Below, piece after piece: positions 51,391-62,189 of a stretch of 64,000 bases of DNA. The notes beneath the pieces are model-generated. The model searched no databases, was not told the origin of the DNA, and saw nothing but the letters and a program-made list of their open reading frames with translations. How positions within the stretch are numbered: the first letter of the stretch is position 1; the number at the start of each line of letters is the position of its first letter. The translations under genes and the position numbers were made by a program. This stretch comes from Candidatus Parcubacteria bacterium (GTDB lineage: Bacteria > Patescibacteriota > Minisyncoccia > UBA6257 > HR35), in NCBI GenBank assembly GCA_026004495.1, contig BPJG01000001.1:144582-208581 (forward strand), in the 5' to 3' direction.

Positions 51391-52647
51391 ATGGAAAAAA
51401 TAATTATTCAAGGGGGTAAAAAACTAGAAGGAAAGATAAAAATATCTGGATCAAAAAATGCCTCTTTACCCATCATAGCTGCAAGTATTTTAATAGAAGG
51501 TAGAATTATCTTAAAAAATATTCCTAAAATTAAGGATGTTGAAGTAATGTTGAAAATTTTAGAATATTTAGGGGCTGAAGTAGAGCATAACGACAATGAA
51601 TTAATAATTAATTCAAAAAATATTTCTTACAAAGACTTACTTATTGATGAGGTAAAAAAATTAAGAGCTTCAATATTGTTTCTAGGACCAATGTTGGCTA
51701 AATTTAAAAAAATTAAAATATTTTTTCCTGGTGGAGATTTGATTGGAGCAAGATCTATTGATCCCCATTTAAAAGCATTAGAAAGTTTAGGTTGTAAATT
51801 TAATATTTATAATCAAACTATTGAAGGTTATTTTGATAAATTAATTAATCAAGTTGTTATGCTCAAAGAAATTAGCGTAACTGCATCAGAAAATTTAATT
51901 ATGGCTTCTGTTTTATTTAAAAAACCTATAAATTTAAGATTGATTGCCTTAGAACCTCATGTTCAAACATTATGTTCTTTTTTAAGGCTGGCTGGTTATA
52001 ATATTAAAGGTACGGGAAGCCATTTCTTAACTGTTAAAAAAGGTGAAAGATTAAAAAAAGAGATTAGCTTTAAAATACCTCCGGATGAAATTGAAACAGC
52101 TACTTTTTTAAGCTTAGGCTTAGCTACAAAAAGTAATATAACAATCACCAATAATAAAATTAGTAATTTAGATGCCCTTATAATTACACTTAAAGAAATG
52201 GGAGCTAATTTTGAAATCAAAAGAAATGATATCATAACTAAACCCTCTAAACTCAAGGGCACTAAAATTCAAACTGGACTTTACCCCAAATTACTTTCAG
52301 ATTTTCATCCTCCTTTGGGGGTTTTAGCTACCCAAGCAGAAGGCTTCACCTTAATTCATGAATGGCTTTATGAAAATAGATTTGGTTATTTACGAGAATT
52401 AGAAATAATGGGAGCTAATGTTGATATTTTAGATCCCCATCGAGCAATTATTAGTGGTCCTACACCCTTATTAGGTAAAGAAATAAAAGCTTTAGATATT
52501 AGAAGTGGCGCTGCTTTAATTATTGCTGGTGCAATTGCCAATGGTACTTCAGTTATCTATGAAGCTCAAGTTATTGATCGAGGCTATGAAAATATTGTAG
52601 AAAGATTAAAAAAAATAGGTTTAGATATTAAAAAAATATCTAATTAA
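51391..52647 (+). CDS. murA: UDP-N-acetylglucosamine 1-carboxyvinyltransferase
   Basis: N-terminal I.GG.KL.G...ISGSKNA.LPI.AA.IL and full-length EPSP-fold pattern. Confidence 0.9.
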   Translation: MEKIIIQGGKKLEGKIKISGSKNASLPIIAASILIEGRIILKNIPKIKDVEVMLKILEYLGAEVEHNDNELIINSKNISYKDLLIDEVKKLRASILFLGPMLAKFKKIKIFFPGGDLIGARSIDPHLKALESLGCKFNIYNQTIEGYFDKLINQVVMLKEISVTASENLIMASVLFKKPINLRLIALEPHVQTLCSFLRLAGYNIKGTGSHFLTVKKGERLKKEISFKIPPDEIETATFLSLGLATKSNITITNNKISNLDALIITLKEMGANFEIKRNDIITKPSKLKGTKIQTGLYPKLLSDFHPPLGVLATQAEGFTLIHEWLYENRFGYLRELEIMGANVDILDPHRAIISGPTPLLGKEIKALDIRSGAALIIAGAIANGTSVIYEAQVIDRGYENIVERLKKIGLDIKKISN

Positions 52648-52734
52648 CACCCTTGATTTTAGGGTGATAAATGATTATAATTATAATATAATTATTTTTA
52701 GGCGGTCGTAATTAATTAATATTAAACAAAAAAA

Positions 52735-53157
52735 ATGAACAGATTAATTAAATGGGACCCATTTGAAGAAATAAAAAAATTTTTTTCTGAGGAAGATTTT
52801 CTTCCTACACTCTTACCAGCTGTAAGAATGCCGACTATACCGATAGATATTTATGAAAAAAATAACAAACTTTATGTTGAAGTAGGGCTACCAGGTTTAT
52901 CAAAAGATGATATTAAAGTTAGAGTAGATAAAGATTTATTAACTATTGAAGTAAATAAGGAAGAAAAAAAGGAAGAAAAGGAAGAAAATTATTATCGCAA
53001 AGAAATCAGAAGAGGATCTTTTAAAAGAGTAATTAGATTGCCCTATGAAGTAGATTATAAAGAAGCAAAGGCTGAATTTCATAATGGCATACTCCTAATA
53101 TCTTTTTCCCTTCCTAAGCCTGAAACTAAAGAAGATAATGAAATAAAAATAGAATAA
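52735..53157 (+). CDS. small heat shock protein (Hsp20/alpha-crystallin)
   Basis: Alpha-crystallin domain (DIYEK...LYVEV.LPG..KDDIKV.V....L.I...). Confidence 0.85.
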   Translation: MNRLIKWDPFEEIKKFFSEEDFLPTLLPAVRMPTIPIDIYEKNNKLYVEVGLPGLSKDDIKVRVDKDLLTIEVNKEEKKEEKEENYYRKEIRRGSFKRVIRLPYEVDYKEAKAEFHNGILLISFSLPKPETKEDNEIKIE

Positions 53158-53187
53158 TTAATAAATTGAGAGTTAATAAGAAAATAT

Positions 53188-53853
53188 ATGATTAATTTGA
53201 AAGAAAGGGTTTTTAATATCTTGATAAAAGATTATTTGAAAAGAGGGAGACCTGTTGGTTCAAAATATCTTCATAAATTTTATCTCAAAAATATTTCTCA
53301 TTCTACTATAAGATGGTATCTTAGAAAATTAACAAAAGAAGAATTATTAATTAATTCTAAAAAAAATGATGGGAGAATTCCCACAGATAAAGGTTGGAGA
53401 TTTTATTTTGAAAGAAATTTAAATAATAAATTTAGATCAACACAATTTAAATTGCTTAAAAAAAATAATGAAAATGAGATATTTGATAGTCTTTTGAAAA
53501 GATTTAATCTTTATGGTATAATTTTTTATAATAGTACATATTTTATAGAAAGTGGTTTAGATTATATAATCAGAAATATAGAATTTAACAACAAGATATA
53601 TTTTGTTGGTTTAGCATATTTAATAAAGAATATAAAAATTAATAATAAAATAAATATTAAAAACAATGATGATATTTCCATTTTAATAGGCAAAGAAATT
53701 GGTCTATTGAGATGTGAAAATTTTTCAGTTTTCACTTGGCAAAATTTTAACAAAAGATATTTTTTATTATCGGTCAAAAGAATTAATTATCCTCAAGTTT
53801 ATAATTTAATAAAAATTAATTTTAAAAATGGAAGAAGAAAAATTACCATCTGA
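53188..53853 (+). CDS. hrcA: heat-inducible transcription repressor HrcA (short form)
   Basis: N-terminal winged-helix pattern: RGRPVGSKYL, SHSTIRWYLRKL, DGRIPTDKGWRFY. Only 221 aa. Confidence 0.65.
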   Translation: MINLKERVFNILIKDYLKRGRPVGSKYLHKFYLKNISHSTIRWYLRKLTKEELLINSKKNDGRIPTDKGWRFYFERNLNNKFRSTQFKLLKKNNENEIFDSLLKRFNLYGIIFYNSTYFIESGLDYIIRNIEFNNKIYFVGLAYLIKNIKINNKINIKNNDDISILIGKEIGLLRCENFSVFTWQNFNKRYFLLSVKRINYPQVYNLIKINFKNGRRKITI

Positions 53854-54343
53854 ATTAGAAACAATAAAAGAATTACAAGAAACTATTGCCAGGCTAGAAA
53901 AAGAAAAGGAAGAATATTTGAGTGGTTGGAAGAGGGCAAAATCTGATTTTATAAATTATCAAAAAGAAATGGAAGAAAAAATAAAAAATATTATAAATTT
54001 TGCTAATTCTAATTTAATTTTAGACTTAACAACAGTTTTAGATAGTCTTGACTTGGCAATTAATTCCTTAACTGAAGAAGATAAAAAAAGAAATTTAGGT
54101 AAAGGCTATATTTTAATTCAGAATCAAATATTAGATATACTTAAAAAATATGGCTTAGAAATTATTGAACCTAAAAATGAAACCTTTAATCCTGAATTTC
54201 ATGAGGCTATTTCAACTAAAAAATGTGAAAAAGAAAACTGCGACAAATCTGATGATAATTTAATAATTGAAGTTTATTCTAAGGGTTATTTTCTTAATGG
54301 AAAATTAATAAGACCAGCAAAAGTAAAAGTCATTATTCATTAA
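53828..54343 (+). CDS. grpE: nucleotide exchange factor GrpE
   Basis: Coiled-coil N-terminus, LDSLDLAI, C-terminal beta domain. Position between hrcA and dnaK. Confidence 0.8.
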   Translation: MEEEKLPSELETIKELQETIARLEKEKEEYLSGWKRAKSDFINYQKEMEEKIKNIINFANSNLILDLTTVLDSLDLAINSLTEEDKKRNLGKGYILIQNQILDILKKYGLEIIEPKNETFNPEFHEAISTKKCEKENCDKSDDNLIIEVYSKGYFLNGKLIRPAKVKVIIH

Positions 54344-54365
54344 AATTAAGAATTTCTTAATAAAA

Positions 54366-56186
54366 ATGGGAAAGATTTTAGGAATAGACCTAGGAACAAC
54401 TAATTCTGTAGCTGCCATTGTTGAAGCTGGTAATCCTCGTGTAATTGAAAATCAAGAAGGAGCAAGAATTACTCCTTCCGTTGTTGCTATTTCTAAAAAT
54501 GGTGAGAGGTTGGTTGGAATTTTAGCTAAAAGACAAGCTATTACTAATCCTCAAAATACCATTTTTTCTATAAAAAGATTAATAGGTAGAAGATTCACCG
54601 ATTCTGAAGTAGAAAAAGCAAAAAAAATTTTACCTTATGAAATAAGAGAGTCTCAAAATGGTGGTGTTGAAGTAAAAATGGGAGATAGATGGTATCGCCC
54701 CGAAGAAATTTCTGCTATGATTCTTCAAAAAATTAAGATGGATGTCGAAAATAAATTAGGTGAAAAAATAACCGAAGTAGTTATCACAGTTCCTGCCTAC
54801 TTTGATGATTCTCAAAGATCAGCAACTAAAGCAGCTGGAGAAATTGCTGGCCTAAATGTTAAAAGAATTCTTCCTGAACCAACCGCAGCAGCCTTAGCTT
54901 ATGGTTTAGATAAAAATGTAAATCAAAAAATTTTAGTTTATGACTTTGGAGGAGGAACTTTTGATGTTTCAATTTTAGAAATTGGCGATAATGTAATTGA
55001 AACTAAGGGTATAGGCGGAGATACTCTTTTGGGAGGAGATGATTTTGATCAAAGAATAATTCATTATATTATTGAAGAATATAATAAACAAGAGGGTATT
55101 GACTTATCTAAAGATCCCCTAGCTCTTCAAAGATTAAAAGAGGCTGCTGAAAAAGCAAAACAAGAGCTTTCAACTTTATTAGAAACAGAAATAAATTTAC
55201 CCTTCATCTCTGCTGAAGGTGGCAATCCTAAGCATCTTTATTTAAAATTAACCAGAAGTCAATTGGAAAATTTAACTCGCGATTTAGTTGATAAATCAAT
55301 AGAAATTGTAGATAAAACATTAAAAGAAGTTAATCTTTCACCTAATGATATTGACGAAATTATCCTTGTAGGAGGACAAACTCGTATGCCTCTTATACAG
55401 CAAAAAATTAGAGAATATTTCAACAAAGAGCCAAGAAAAGATATTAATCCTGATGAAGTCGTGGCTATTGGAGCAGCAATTCAAGCAGGTATTTTACAAG
55501 GAGATGTAAGAGAAATTCTTCTTTTAGATGTAACCCCCCTAACATTAGCTATTGAAACCTTAGGTGGAATCGCTCACCCAATGATTCCTAAAAATACTCC
55601 AATTCCTTATTCTAAAACAGAAGTATTTACTACTGCTGAAGATAATCAAACTGCTGTTGAAATTCATGTAGTTCAGGGAGAAAGACCTATGGCTAGAGAT
55701 AACAAAACTTTAGCAAGATTTATTTTAGATGGTATCCCTCCAGCCCCAAGAGGTATTCCTCAAATAGAAGTTGTTTTTGATATTGACGTTAATGGCATCT
55801 TAACAGTGACTGCTAAAGATAAGGCAACTAATAAAACCCAATCAGTTAAAATAGAATCTTCAACTAATCTTTCGAAAGAAGATATTGAAAAACTAAAAAG
55901 GGAAGCTGAAATATATGCTGAAGAAGATACCAAAAGAAGAAAATTAGCTGAAACTAAAAATCAGGCAGAAAATTTAATTTATCAAGCAAGAAAAATTTTA
56001 ACTGATTATAGGGATAAAATTAATGAAGAAATAAAAGTTGATATTGAAAATAAAATTAGAGAATTAGAGGAAGCTAAAAATTCTGACAATATTGAATTAA
56101 TAGAAACTAAAATTAAAGAATTGACTAATTCATTATCAAAAATAGGTCAACAATTTTATAATCAAAACCCTGACCAAAATATTTGA
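54366..56186 (+). CDS. dnaK: molecular chaperone DnaK (Hsp70)
   Basis: [17 protein letters not shown], and other Hsp70 signatures. Confidence 0.95.
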   Translation: MGKILGIDLGTTNSVAAIVEAGNPRVIENQEGARITPSVVAISKNGERLVGILAKRQAITNPQNTIFSIKRLIGRRFTDSEVEKAKKILPYEIRESQNGGVEVKMGDRWYRPEEISAMILQKIKMDVENKLGEKITEVVITVPAYFDDSQRSATKAAGEIAGLNVKRILPEPTAAALAYGLDKNVNQKILVYDFGGGTFDVSILEIGDNVIETKGIGGDTLLGGDDFDQRIIHYIIEEYNKQEGIDLSKDPLALQRLKEAAEKAKQELSTLLETEINLPFISAEGGNPKHLYLKLTRSQLENLTRDLVDKSIEIVDKTLKEVNLSPNDIDEIILVGGQTRMPLIQQKIREYFNKEPRKDINPDEVVAIGAAIQAGILQGDVREILLLDVTPLTLAIETLGGIAHPMIPKNTPIPYSKTEVFTTAEDNQTAVEIHVVQGERPMARDNKTLARFILDGIPPAPRGIPQIEVVFDIDVNGILTVTAKDKATNKTQSVKIESSTNLSKEDIEKLKREAEIYAEEDTKRRKLAETKNQAENLIYQARKILTDYRDKINEEIKVDIENKIRELEEAKNSDNIELIETKIKELTNSLSKIGQQFYNQNPDQNI

Positions 56187-56229
56187 TAGATGTCTCTAAT
56201 AAAATATGTAATAATTCATATTATATTTA

Positions 56230-57165
56230 ATGAATATTTATGAAAAAATATTAAATAATAAAGAGCGAAATAATAGTTTATTTTATTATTTAATCTTGTT
56301 AATAATCAATTTAGGTTCATTATATTTTTTTCTTAATTTAAATATTAAATATATTTTTCAATTAGAACCATTAATTTATCTTTATATTTTGTTAGCCTTA
56401 GCGATATTTAATTTTTCATTGGTTATAATTGCTATAATTTATGATTTAGATAGGTTTATAATCAGCAATGTTTTTTTAATTATTTTAATATTTATATTTA
56501 CCAATAAATTATTTCAGGAAAATTATATTCAACTATTTATTTTATCAGGAGTTTTTCTTATTTTTAATTTATTAAATTATTCGATTATAAATAGAAATTA
56601 CAAATCAAATCTAATTATTAATTGGCCATATTTATTTAGAATTTCGTGGAATTTCTTAATAATATCATTTTTTATTTTTATTTTTAACTTTTTAACTTTT
56701 TTACCTTCATTTGAAAAATTAACTTTTGAAAATATTTATCTAACCTTAAATAAATTTGACAATTTAAATTGGATTTCTTTGGATACTAAAATAGTCGACA
56801 TTTTAAATAAAAATATCGATAAAAATTTACCTAACGACATTAGAAAGCAAGCTATTATTAATAGCATCAAGGACTTAAATAATAAATTTAATTTAAATCT
56901 TGAAACAAAATCAACCCTTAAGGATGCCATTTCTCAATATTTAACTAAACAAATAGAAACGATAAAAGATAGCCAAGAAAAAATCTATATAATAAAATCA
57001 ATAATAGCTGCTATCCTTATTGCCACAATTCAACCAATTTTTTATATTATTGGATTTATAGTTGGTTATCTTTCTTATTTTATGATGAAAATTTTAATAG
57101 CCTTAAAAATTTTTAAAATATCTTATAATCAAGCTTTAAAAGAAAATATTGAAATATCAAAATAA
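56230..57165 (+). CDS. hypothetical polytopic membrane protein between dnaK and dnaJ
   Basis: At least 6 predicted TM helices. No motif recognised. Confidence 0.45.
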   Translation: MNIYEKILNNKERNNSLFYYLILLIINLGSLYFFLNLNIKYIFQLEPLIYLYILLALAIFNFSLVIIAIIYDLDRFIISNVFLIILIFIFTNKLFQENYIQLFILSGVFLIFNLLNYSIINRNYKSNLIINWPYLFRISWNFLIISFFIFIFNFLTFLPSFEKLTFENIYLTLNKFDNLNWISLDTKIVDILNKNIDKNLPNDIRKQAIINSIKDLNNKFNLNLETKSTLKDAISQYLTKQIETIKDSQEKIYIIKSIIAAILIATIQPIFYIIGFIVGYLSYFMMKILIALKIFKISYNQALKENIEISK

Positions 57166-57167
57166 AA

Positions 57168-58196
57168 ATGGAAGACTATTACAAAATTTTAGGAATACCA
57201 GAAAACGCTTCAGAGGAAGAAATAAAAAAGAAATTTAGAGAATTAGCTAAAAAACATCATCCAGATTTTGGTGGCGATCCAGAAAAATTTAAGAAAATTT
57301 TAGAGGCTTACAGAGTTCTATCGAATAAAAAATTAAGGCAAGAATATGATCAACGAAGGAAAATGAAAGATTTTAATTTTGATTTTGGTGGTTTTAATTT
57401 TAATGATATTTTTCAGGGTTCATCAATTAATGATTTAATCGGAGATCTCTTTGAAGATTTCTTTTCTTCAGATATTCGTCACCACTTTGAGGCACGAGAT
57501 ATAATTTTAGATCTAGAAATCACCTTAGAAGAATTAATTAAGGGGACAACTAAAAATATTTCTTATAAAAGAAAAGTAATATGCAGTAAATGTGATGGCA
57601 CTGGAAGTGAAAATAAAAATTTTATTAGATGCAATATTTGTAATGGAACGGGTAAGGTAAAATCAAGGAGTAGTTTCTTTACTGGTTTTATTTTCGAAAC
57701 AAGTAAAATTTGTCAAAACTGTAAGGGAAAGGGCAAAATCCCCGAAAAAATATGTCAAAATTGTCAGGGTAGGGGTTATGTTGCGAAAAATGAATTAATT
57801 ACAATAAATCTTCCACCAAATACTAATCTTAAGGAAATTATAAGAATTGCTAATTTTGGGGATCAAGATCCTTATTTAAAAAAGAGTGGCGACTTGTTAT
57901 TAAGAATAATTATTAAACCGCATCCTAAATTTAACATCAAAGGTAACGACCTAATAGCAGAAATTGAATTAACGCCAATTGATTTAGTCTTGGGGAAAAA
58001 ATTAATTGTTGATTATTTCGGAGAAAAAATAGAAATTAATATACCTCAAGGATTTAATGATAATTTTATTAAAATAAATAATAAAGGAATTAATGGAGGT
58101 AGTTTAATTTTGAAAATTAAATTAAAGCCCATAAAAAAATTATCAAAAAGAGCAAAAGATTTATTAGAAGAACTTAAGAAAGAAATTTATGAATAA
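57168..58196 (+). CDS. dnaJ: molecular chaperone DnaJ
   Basis: J-domain with HPD (KKHHPDFGGD). Four CxxCxGxG zinc-finger repeats. Confidence 0.85.
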   Translation: MEDYYKILGIPENASEEEIKKKFRELAKKHHPDFGGDPEKFKKILEAYRVLSNKKLRQEYDQRRKMKDFNFDFGGFNFNDIFQGSSINDLIGDLFEDFFSSDIRHHFEARDIILDLEITLEELIKGTTKNISYKRKVICSKCDGTGSENKNFIRCNICNGTGKVKSRSSFFTGFIFETSKICQNCKGKGKIPEKICQNCQGRGYVAKNELITINLPPNTNLKEIIRIANFGDQDPYLKKSGDLLLRIIIKPHPKFNIKGNDLIAEIELTPIDLVLGKKLIVDYFGEKIEINIPQGFNDNFIKINNKGINGGSLILKIKLKPIKKLSKRAKDLLEELKKEIYE

Positions 58197-58211
58197 TACC
58201 TTCCTTTCTCT

Positions 58212-58742
58212 TTAATATGTTGGGTTATCTTCTTTTAATTTCTTTTGGCAGACCTCTTTGAGAGCTAAAGCATAAAAATAACTTGATAATCTATTAAGAT
58301 AAATCAAAATTTCAGGCATTAGATTTCTTTTTTTTGAAACTCTAACGGCCTTTCTTTCAGCTCTACGGACTACTGTCCTTAAATAATGAAGCCAGGAAGA
58401 ATTAATTTCTTTACCTGGAATGACAAAACTAGTTGGTAATTTGATTTTATTTTCTATTTTAGAAATTTCTATTTCCAAAAATTCAATTTTGTTTTTAGTT
58501 AGTTTTGGAGGTGCAAACTTAGAATATATTAAATTAGCCACATTGGCCTGAATAATGAAAATATCATTTTGAATATTAGTAAATTTTTTATAATATTTTT
58601 TTATGTAATTTTTAACAATTCCAATTAAACTGTTTAATTCATCTAGTTCGCCTAATAAATCAATAACTAAATTATCTTTAGATATTTTTTTATTCCCTAT
58701 TACACTTTTACCTCTATCTCCCTTTCGACTAAATAAATACAT
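58212..58742 (-). CDS. ATP:cob(I)alamin adenosyltransferase, PduO-type
   Basis: N-terminal FSRKGDRGKS...GELDELNSLIG pattern (cf. YTRTGDKGET..G.LDEL) and size. Confidence 0.7.
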   Translation of the reverse strand: MYLFSRKGDRGKSVIGNKKISKDNLVIDLLGELDELNSLIGIVKNYIKKYYKKFTNIQNDIFIIQANVANLIYSKFAPPKLTKNKIEFLEIEISKIENKIKLPTSFVIPGKEINSSWLHYLRTVVRRAERKAVRVSKKRNLMPEILIYLNRLSSYFYALALKEVCQKKLKEDNPTY

Positions 58743-58767
58743 TAAAATTTAAATTTTCTAAATTTAA

Positions 58768-61440
58768 CTAACTACAACCCCCAGAGGTTTCTCCACATTC
58801 CATACAAGTATAACATGATCCTGTTTTAGTTGTCATACCACCACAATATTTACATGGAGGACCACTAAGATCATATTTCTTGTTAAAATTTGAATTATAT
58901 TTTTTATTAAATAATTGGGGGTGTTCTTTTAAATAATTTTCATCCTTAGAAGCTAAACCTAATTTAAAAAGATCTTCTTTAGATAAAAATCTATAAGCTA
59001 AATATTTAAATATATAATCAGTTATGGAAGTTGCAAATTTAATATCTGGATTATTAGTAATTCCCATTGGCTCAAATCTCATTTGAACAAATTTTTTAGC
59101 TAAATCCTTAAGTGGGACATTGTATTGAAGTGCTATGGAAACGGCTATAGCAAAAGCATCTAATAATCCAGCTAAAGTACTTCCCTGTTTCGACATTTTA
59201 ATAAATATTTCTCCTAAAGTTCCGTCATCAAACATTCCATAAATTAAATAACCTTCATGCCCAGCAATTGAAAATTTATGTGTCTCTGATTTTCTAATGG
59301 TTGGTAATTTTTTTCTTTCAATCTTTTCGTTAGTTTTTTTATTTTTCTTTTCAGTATATAAAGCTTGAGTTGCTTTTGAACCATCACGATAAACAGCAAA
59401 ACATTTTATTCCTAATTTCCAAGCAGTAAAATAGGCATCATAAATTTCCTGAATTGTTGTTTCATTAGGCATATTAAATGTCTTACTTATACCCCCCGAA
59501 ATAAAAGGTTGAATTGCGGCAACCATTTTTACGTGTCCCAACCAATGAATATATCTTTTTCCTCCAGGTGGCTTAATGGCACAATCAAAAACAGGTAAAT
59601 GCTCCAATTTAATGTGTGGCGCTGTTTCAATGTTTTGAGTTTCTTCTAAATGTTTAACAATATCTTCAATTTCTTTTTCAGAATAACCAAGTCTTCTTAA
59701 AGATAAAGGAACTATTCTATTTACAATCTTCATATAGCCACCACCAACAAGCTGCTTTATTTTAACTAAAGCAAAATCAGGTTCAACCCCAGTAGTGTCA
59801 GCATCCATCATAAAGCTTATTGTTCCAGTAGGTGCGATAACTGTTGATTGAGCATTACGAAAGCCATATTTCTTACCATTTTCAATTACTTCATCCCAAA
59901 CTTCTTTTGCTTTTTTAAAAATTTCTTTATTAAATTCATTTTCATTAATATTTCTTAATGATTTGTGATGCATCTCCATTACTTCTAATATCGATTCTTT
60001 ATTTTTTTCATATTCAGGAAATGAACCAAGTTTGGCTGAAATTTCCGTTGAAAGTCTATAAGCTTCACCAGTCATTAAGGCAGTAATACTACTAGCTAAA
60101 TTTCTGGCTTCATCAGAATCATATGATAGACCTAATGCCATAATTAAAGAACCCAAGTTTGTATAGCCTAAGCCGATAGTTCTATATTTTTTAGTTTCTT
60201 CAGCAATTTTTGGATGAGGATAATCGGCCTTAGAAATCATAATATCTTGGGCTAAAAACATTATTTTGACAGTATGAAGAAAGGCAGGAATATCAAATTT
60301 ACCATCTTCTTTAAGAAACTTCAAGAGATTAATTGATGACAAATTACAGCTTGTCCAATTAAGAAATATATATTCAGCACAAGGATTAGTTGCTTCAATT
60401 ATTCCTGAATTTTTGCAAGTATGCCATTTTTGAATCGTATCATCAAATTGAACTCCTGGGTCACCGCATTCCCAAGCAGCCTTAGCGATTTCCCATAAAA
60501 TATCTTTAGCTTTATAAACTTGAGCTACCTTGCCTGAAGTTCGATAATAAGTCTGCCATTTTTCATCTTTCATTGCTGCCTCCATTAAAGCATCAGAAAT
60601 TCTAACTGAATTATTTGCATTTTGAAAGAAAATATTTTGCCATAAGGGATTGTTTAAATCAGTCATATCATAACCTGCTTCCATTAAGGCTCTAACTTTA
60701 TTTTCTTCTTCAGCCTTAACTCGAACATAATCTATAATTTCAGGATGGTCAGCATTTAAAATTATCATTTTTGCTGCCCTACGCGTCGTACCTCCAGATT
60801 TTATACTTCCAGCAACAGCATCAGCTGCTTTCATGAAGGAAATAACTCCTGAAGAAACACCACCGCTGGAAAGTGATTCTCCTTTCGCTCTTAATTTTGA
60901 TAAATTAATTCCTGAGCCTGAACCTCCTTTAAAAATCATTCCTTCGGTTTTAATCCAATCTAAAATTGATTCCATGTTATCTTCAACATCTAAAATAAAA
61001 CAGGCGGCACCTTGTTGAGTCCTGCCTTCAACGCCAAAATTGAACCAAACTGGAGAATTAAAGGCAGCGTATTGATGAAGTAAGATATAAATTAACTCGG
61101 CCTCAAAAATTTCTGATTCCTTTTCATCAAAATAACCTTGTTCTAATCCCCATTTTTTAAATGTTTTAGTAACTCGATCAATTAGCTCCTTTAAACTTTT
61201 TTCTTGCTTGCCTTTATTTACTTTAAAATACTTAGAGGCAATAATATTAATTGCATTTTGGCTATAGAAATCGGGAAATTCTACATCCTCCATTCTGAAA
61301 TTAGAACCAGGAATTTCGGCTATTGTTTTTATCCAATTTACAGTTTCATAAGGATGGATATTCTTATCAGTAAAAAATCTTTTAATCCTTAAGGGAGTTG
61401 AATATTCCAAAATACTATTAGATATATTTCTTTTTTTCAT
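58768..61440 (-). CDS. nrdJ: adenosylcobalamin-dependent ribonucleotide reductase (class II, NrdJ-like) with C-terminal Zn-ribbon
   Basis: Active-site region NPCAEYIFLNWTSCNLSSINL. C-terminal CKYCGG...CYTCMECGETSGGC. Confidence 0.9.
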   Translation of the reverse strand: MKKRNISNSILEYSTPLRIKRFFTDKNIHPYETVNWIKTIAEIPGSNFRMEDVEFPDFYSQNAINIIASKYFKVNKGKQEKSLKELIDRVTKTFKKWGLEQGYFDEKESEIFEAELIYILLHQYAAFNSPVWFNFGVEGRTQQGAACFILDVEDNMESILDWIKTEGMIFKGGSGSGINLSKLRAKGESLSSGGVSSGVISFMKAADAVAGSIKSGGTTRRAAKMIILNADHPEIIDYVRVKAEEENKVRALMEAGYDMTDLNNPLWQNIFFQNANNSVRISDALMEAAMKDEKWQTYYRTSGKVAQVYKAKDILWEIAKAAWECGDPGVQFDDTIQKWHTCKNSGIIEATNPCAEYIFLNWTSCNLSSINLLKFLKEDGKFDIPAFLHTVKIMFLAQDIMISKADYPHPKIAEETKKYRTIGLGYTNLGSLIMALGLSYDSDEARNLASSITALMTGEAYRLSTEISAKLGSFPEYEKNKESILEVMEMHHKSLRNINENEFNKEIFKKAKEVWDEVIENGKKYGFRNAQSTVIAPTGTISFMMDADTTGVEPDFALVKIKQLVGGGYMKIVNRIVPLSLRRLGYSEKEIEDIVKHLEETQNIETAPHIKLEHLPVFDCAIKPPGGKRYIHWLGHVKMVAAIQPFISGGISKTFNMPNETTIQEIYDAYFTAWKLGIKCFAVYRDGSKATQALYTEKKNKKTNEKIERKKLPTIRKSETHKFSIAGHEGYLIYGMFDDGTLGEIFIKMSKQGSTLAGLLDAFAIAVSIALQYNVPLKDLAKKFVQMRFEPMGITNNPDIKFATSITDYIFKYLAYRFLSKEDLFKLGLASKDENYLKEHPQLFNKKYNSNFNKKYDLSGPPCKYCGGMTTKTGSCYTCMECGETSGGCS

Positions 61441-61586
61441 AAAAAATTTTTTAAATTTTTTTAATATTAATTAAATAAAGTTCGACCTTATAGAATTTAA
61501 ATTTTATAGTTTAAGAAATTGATTATGTCAAGTTTTTAAATTGTGGATAAGAATATTTTGCTAATTAGCTTAAAATTTTCTACAAA

Positions 61587-62189
61587 ATGATTAGTTGCTT
61601 AATACCAGCTTATAATGAAGAAAAATATATAAAAAATACCATTGAATCGCTGAAAAATACTAATTTAATAGATGAAATTATCGTTATTGATGATGCTTCT
61701 ACCGATAAAACCTTTGAAATTATAAAAAAAATAAAGGGTATAAAAATAATTAAAAATTACAAGAATTTAGGCAAAACTAAATGTATATTAAGAGGATTAA
61801 AATCAAGCAGTGGAAATACTATTTTATTAGTTGATGCAGATTTGCAAGGGCTAAATTATTTTGATTTATCGAATTTAATAAAACCAGTAGAAAATAATGA
61901 ATTAGATATTACCATTGCTTATGGTATTCCTTTTGTTTTAAAGAAATTTTCAGGTTTAAGATGTTTAAAAAGAGAAATTTTTAATTTATTAAATGAAAGA
62001 AAATTAAAAACTGCTAATTATGGTCTAGAAAAAATAATTAATAAGGCTATTAAAAAACATAATTTGAAGTTTAAATATATAAAAATGCAAAAAATCAGAA
62101 ATATTCATAAAATTAAAAAGTATGGTCTTATTAAGGGTTTAAAATTAACAATTAAAATGTATTTAGAAATAATAATAAATCTATTTTAA
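61587..62189 (+). CDS. family 2 glycosyltransferase (short, DPM/GtrB-like)
   Basis: LIPAYNEE...IIVIDDASTD...LVDADLQ (DxD). Confidence 0.7.
   Translation: MISCLIPAYNEEKYIKNTIESLKNTNLIDEIIVIDDASTDKTFEIIKKIKGIKIIKNYKNLGKTKCILRGLKSSSGNTILLVDADLQGLNYFDLSNLIKPVENNELDITIAYGIPFVLKKFSGLRCLKREIFNLLNERKLKTANYGLEKIINKAIKKHNLKFKYIKMQKIRNIHKIKKYGLIKGLKLTIKMYLEIIINLF

Noticed and set aside
51408-52262. ORFs 51408..51596(-) and 51996..52262(-)
   Set aside because: Antisense within murA.
52648-53187. CIRCE operator upstream of hsp20, hrcA or dnaK
   Set aside because: No TTAGCACTC-N9-GAGTGCTAA-like sequence is visible. Only an unrelated 6-bp dyad is present.
60833-61392. ORFs 60833..61018(+) and 61204..61392(+)
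   Set aside because: Antisense within nrdJ.
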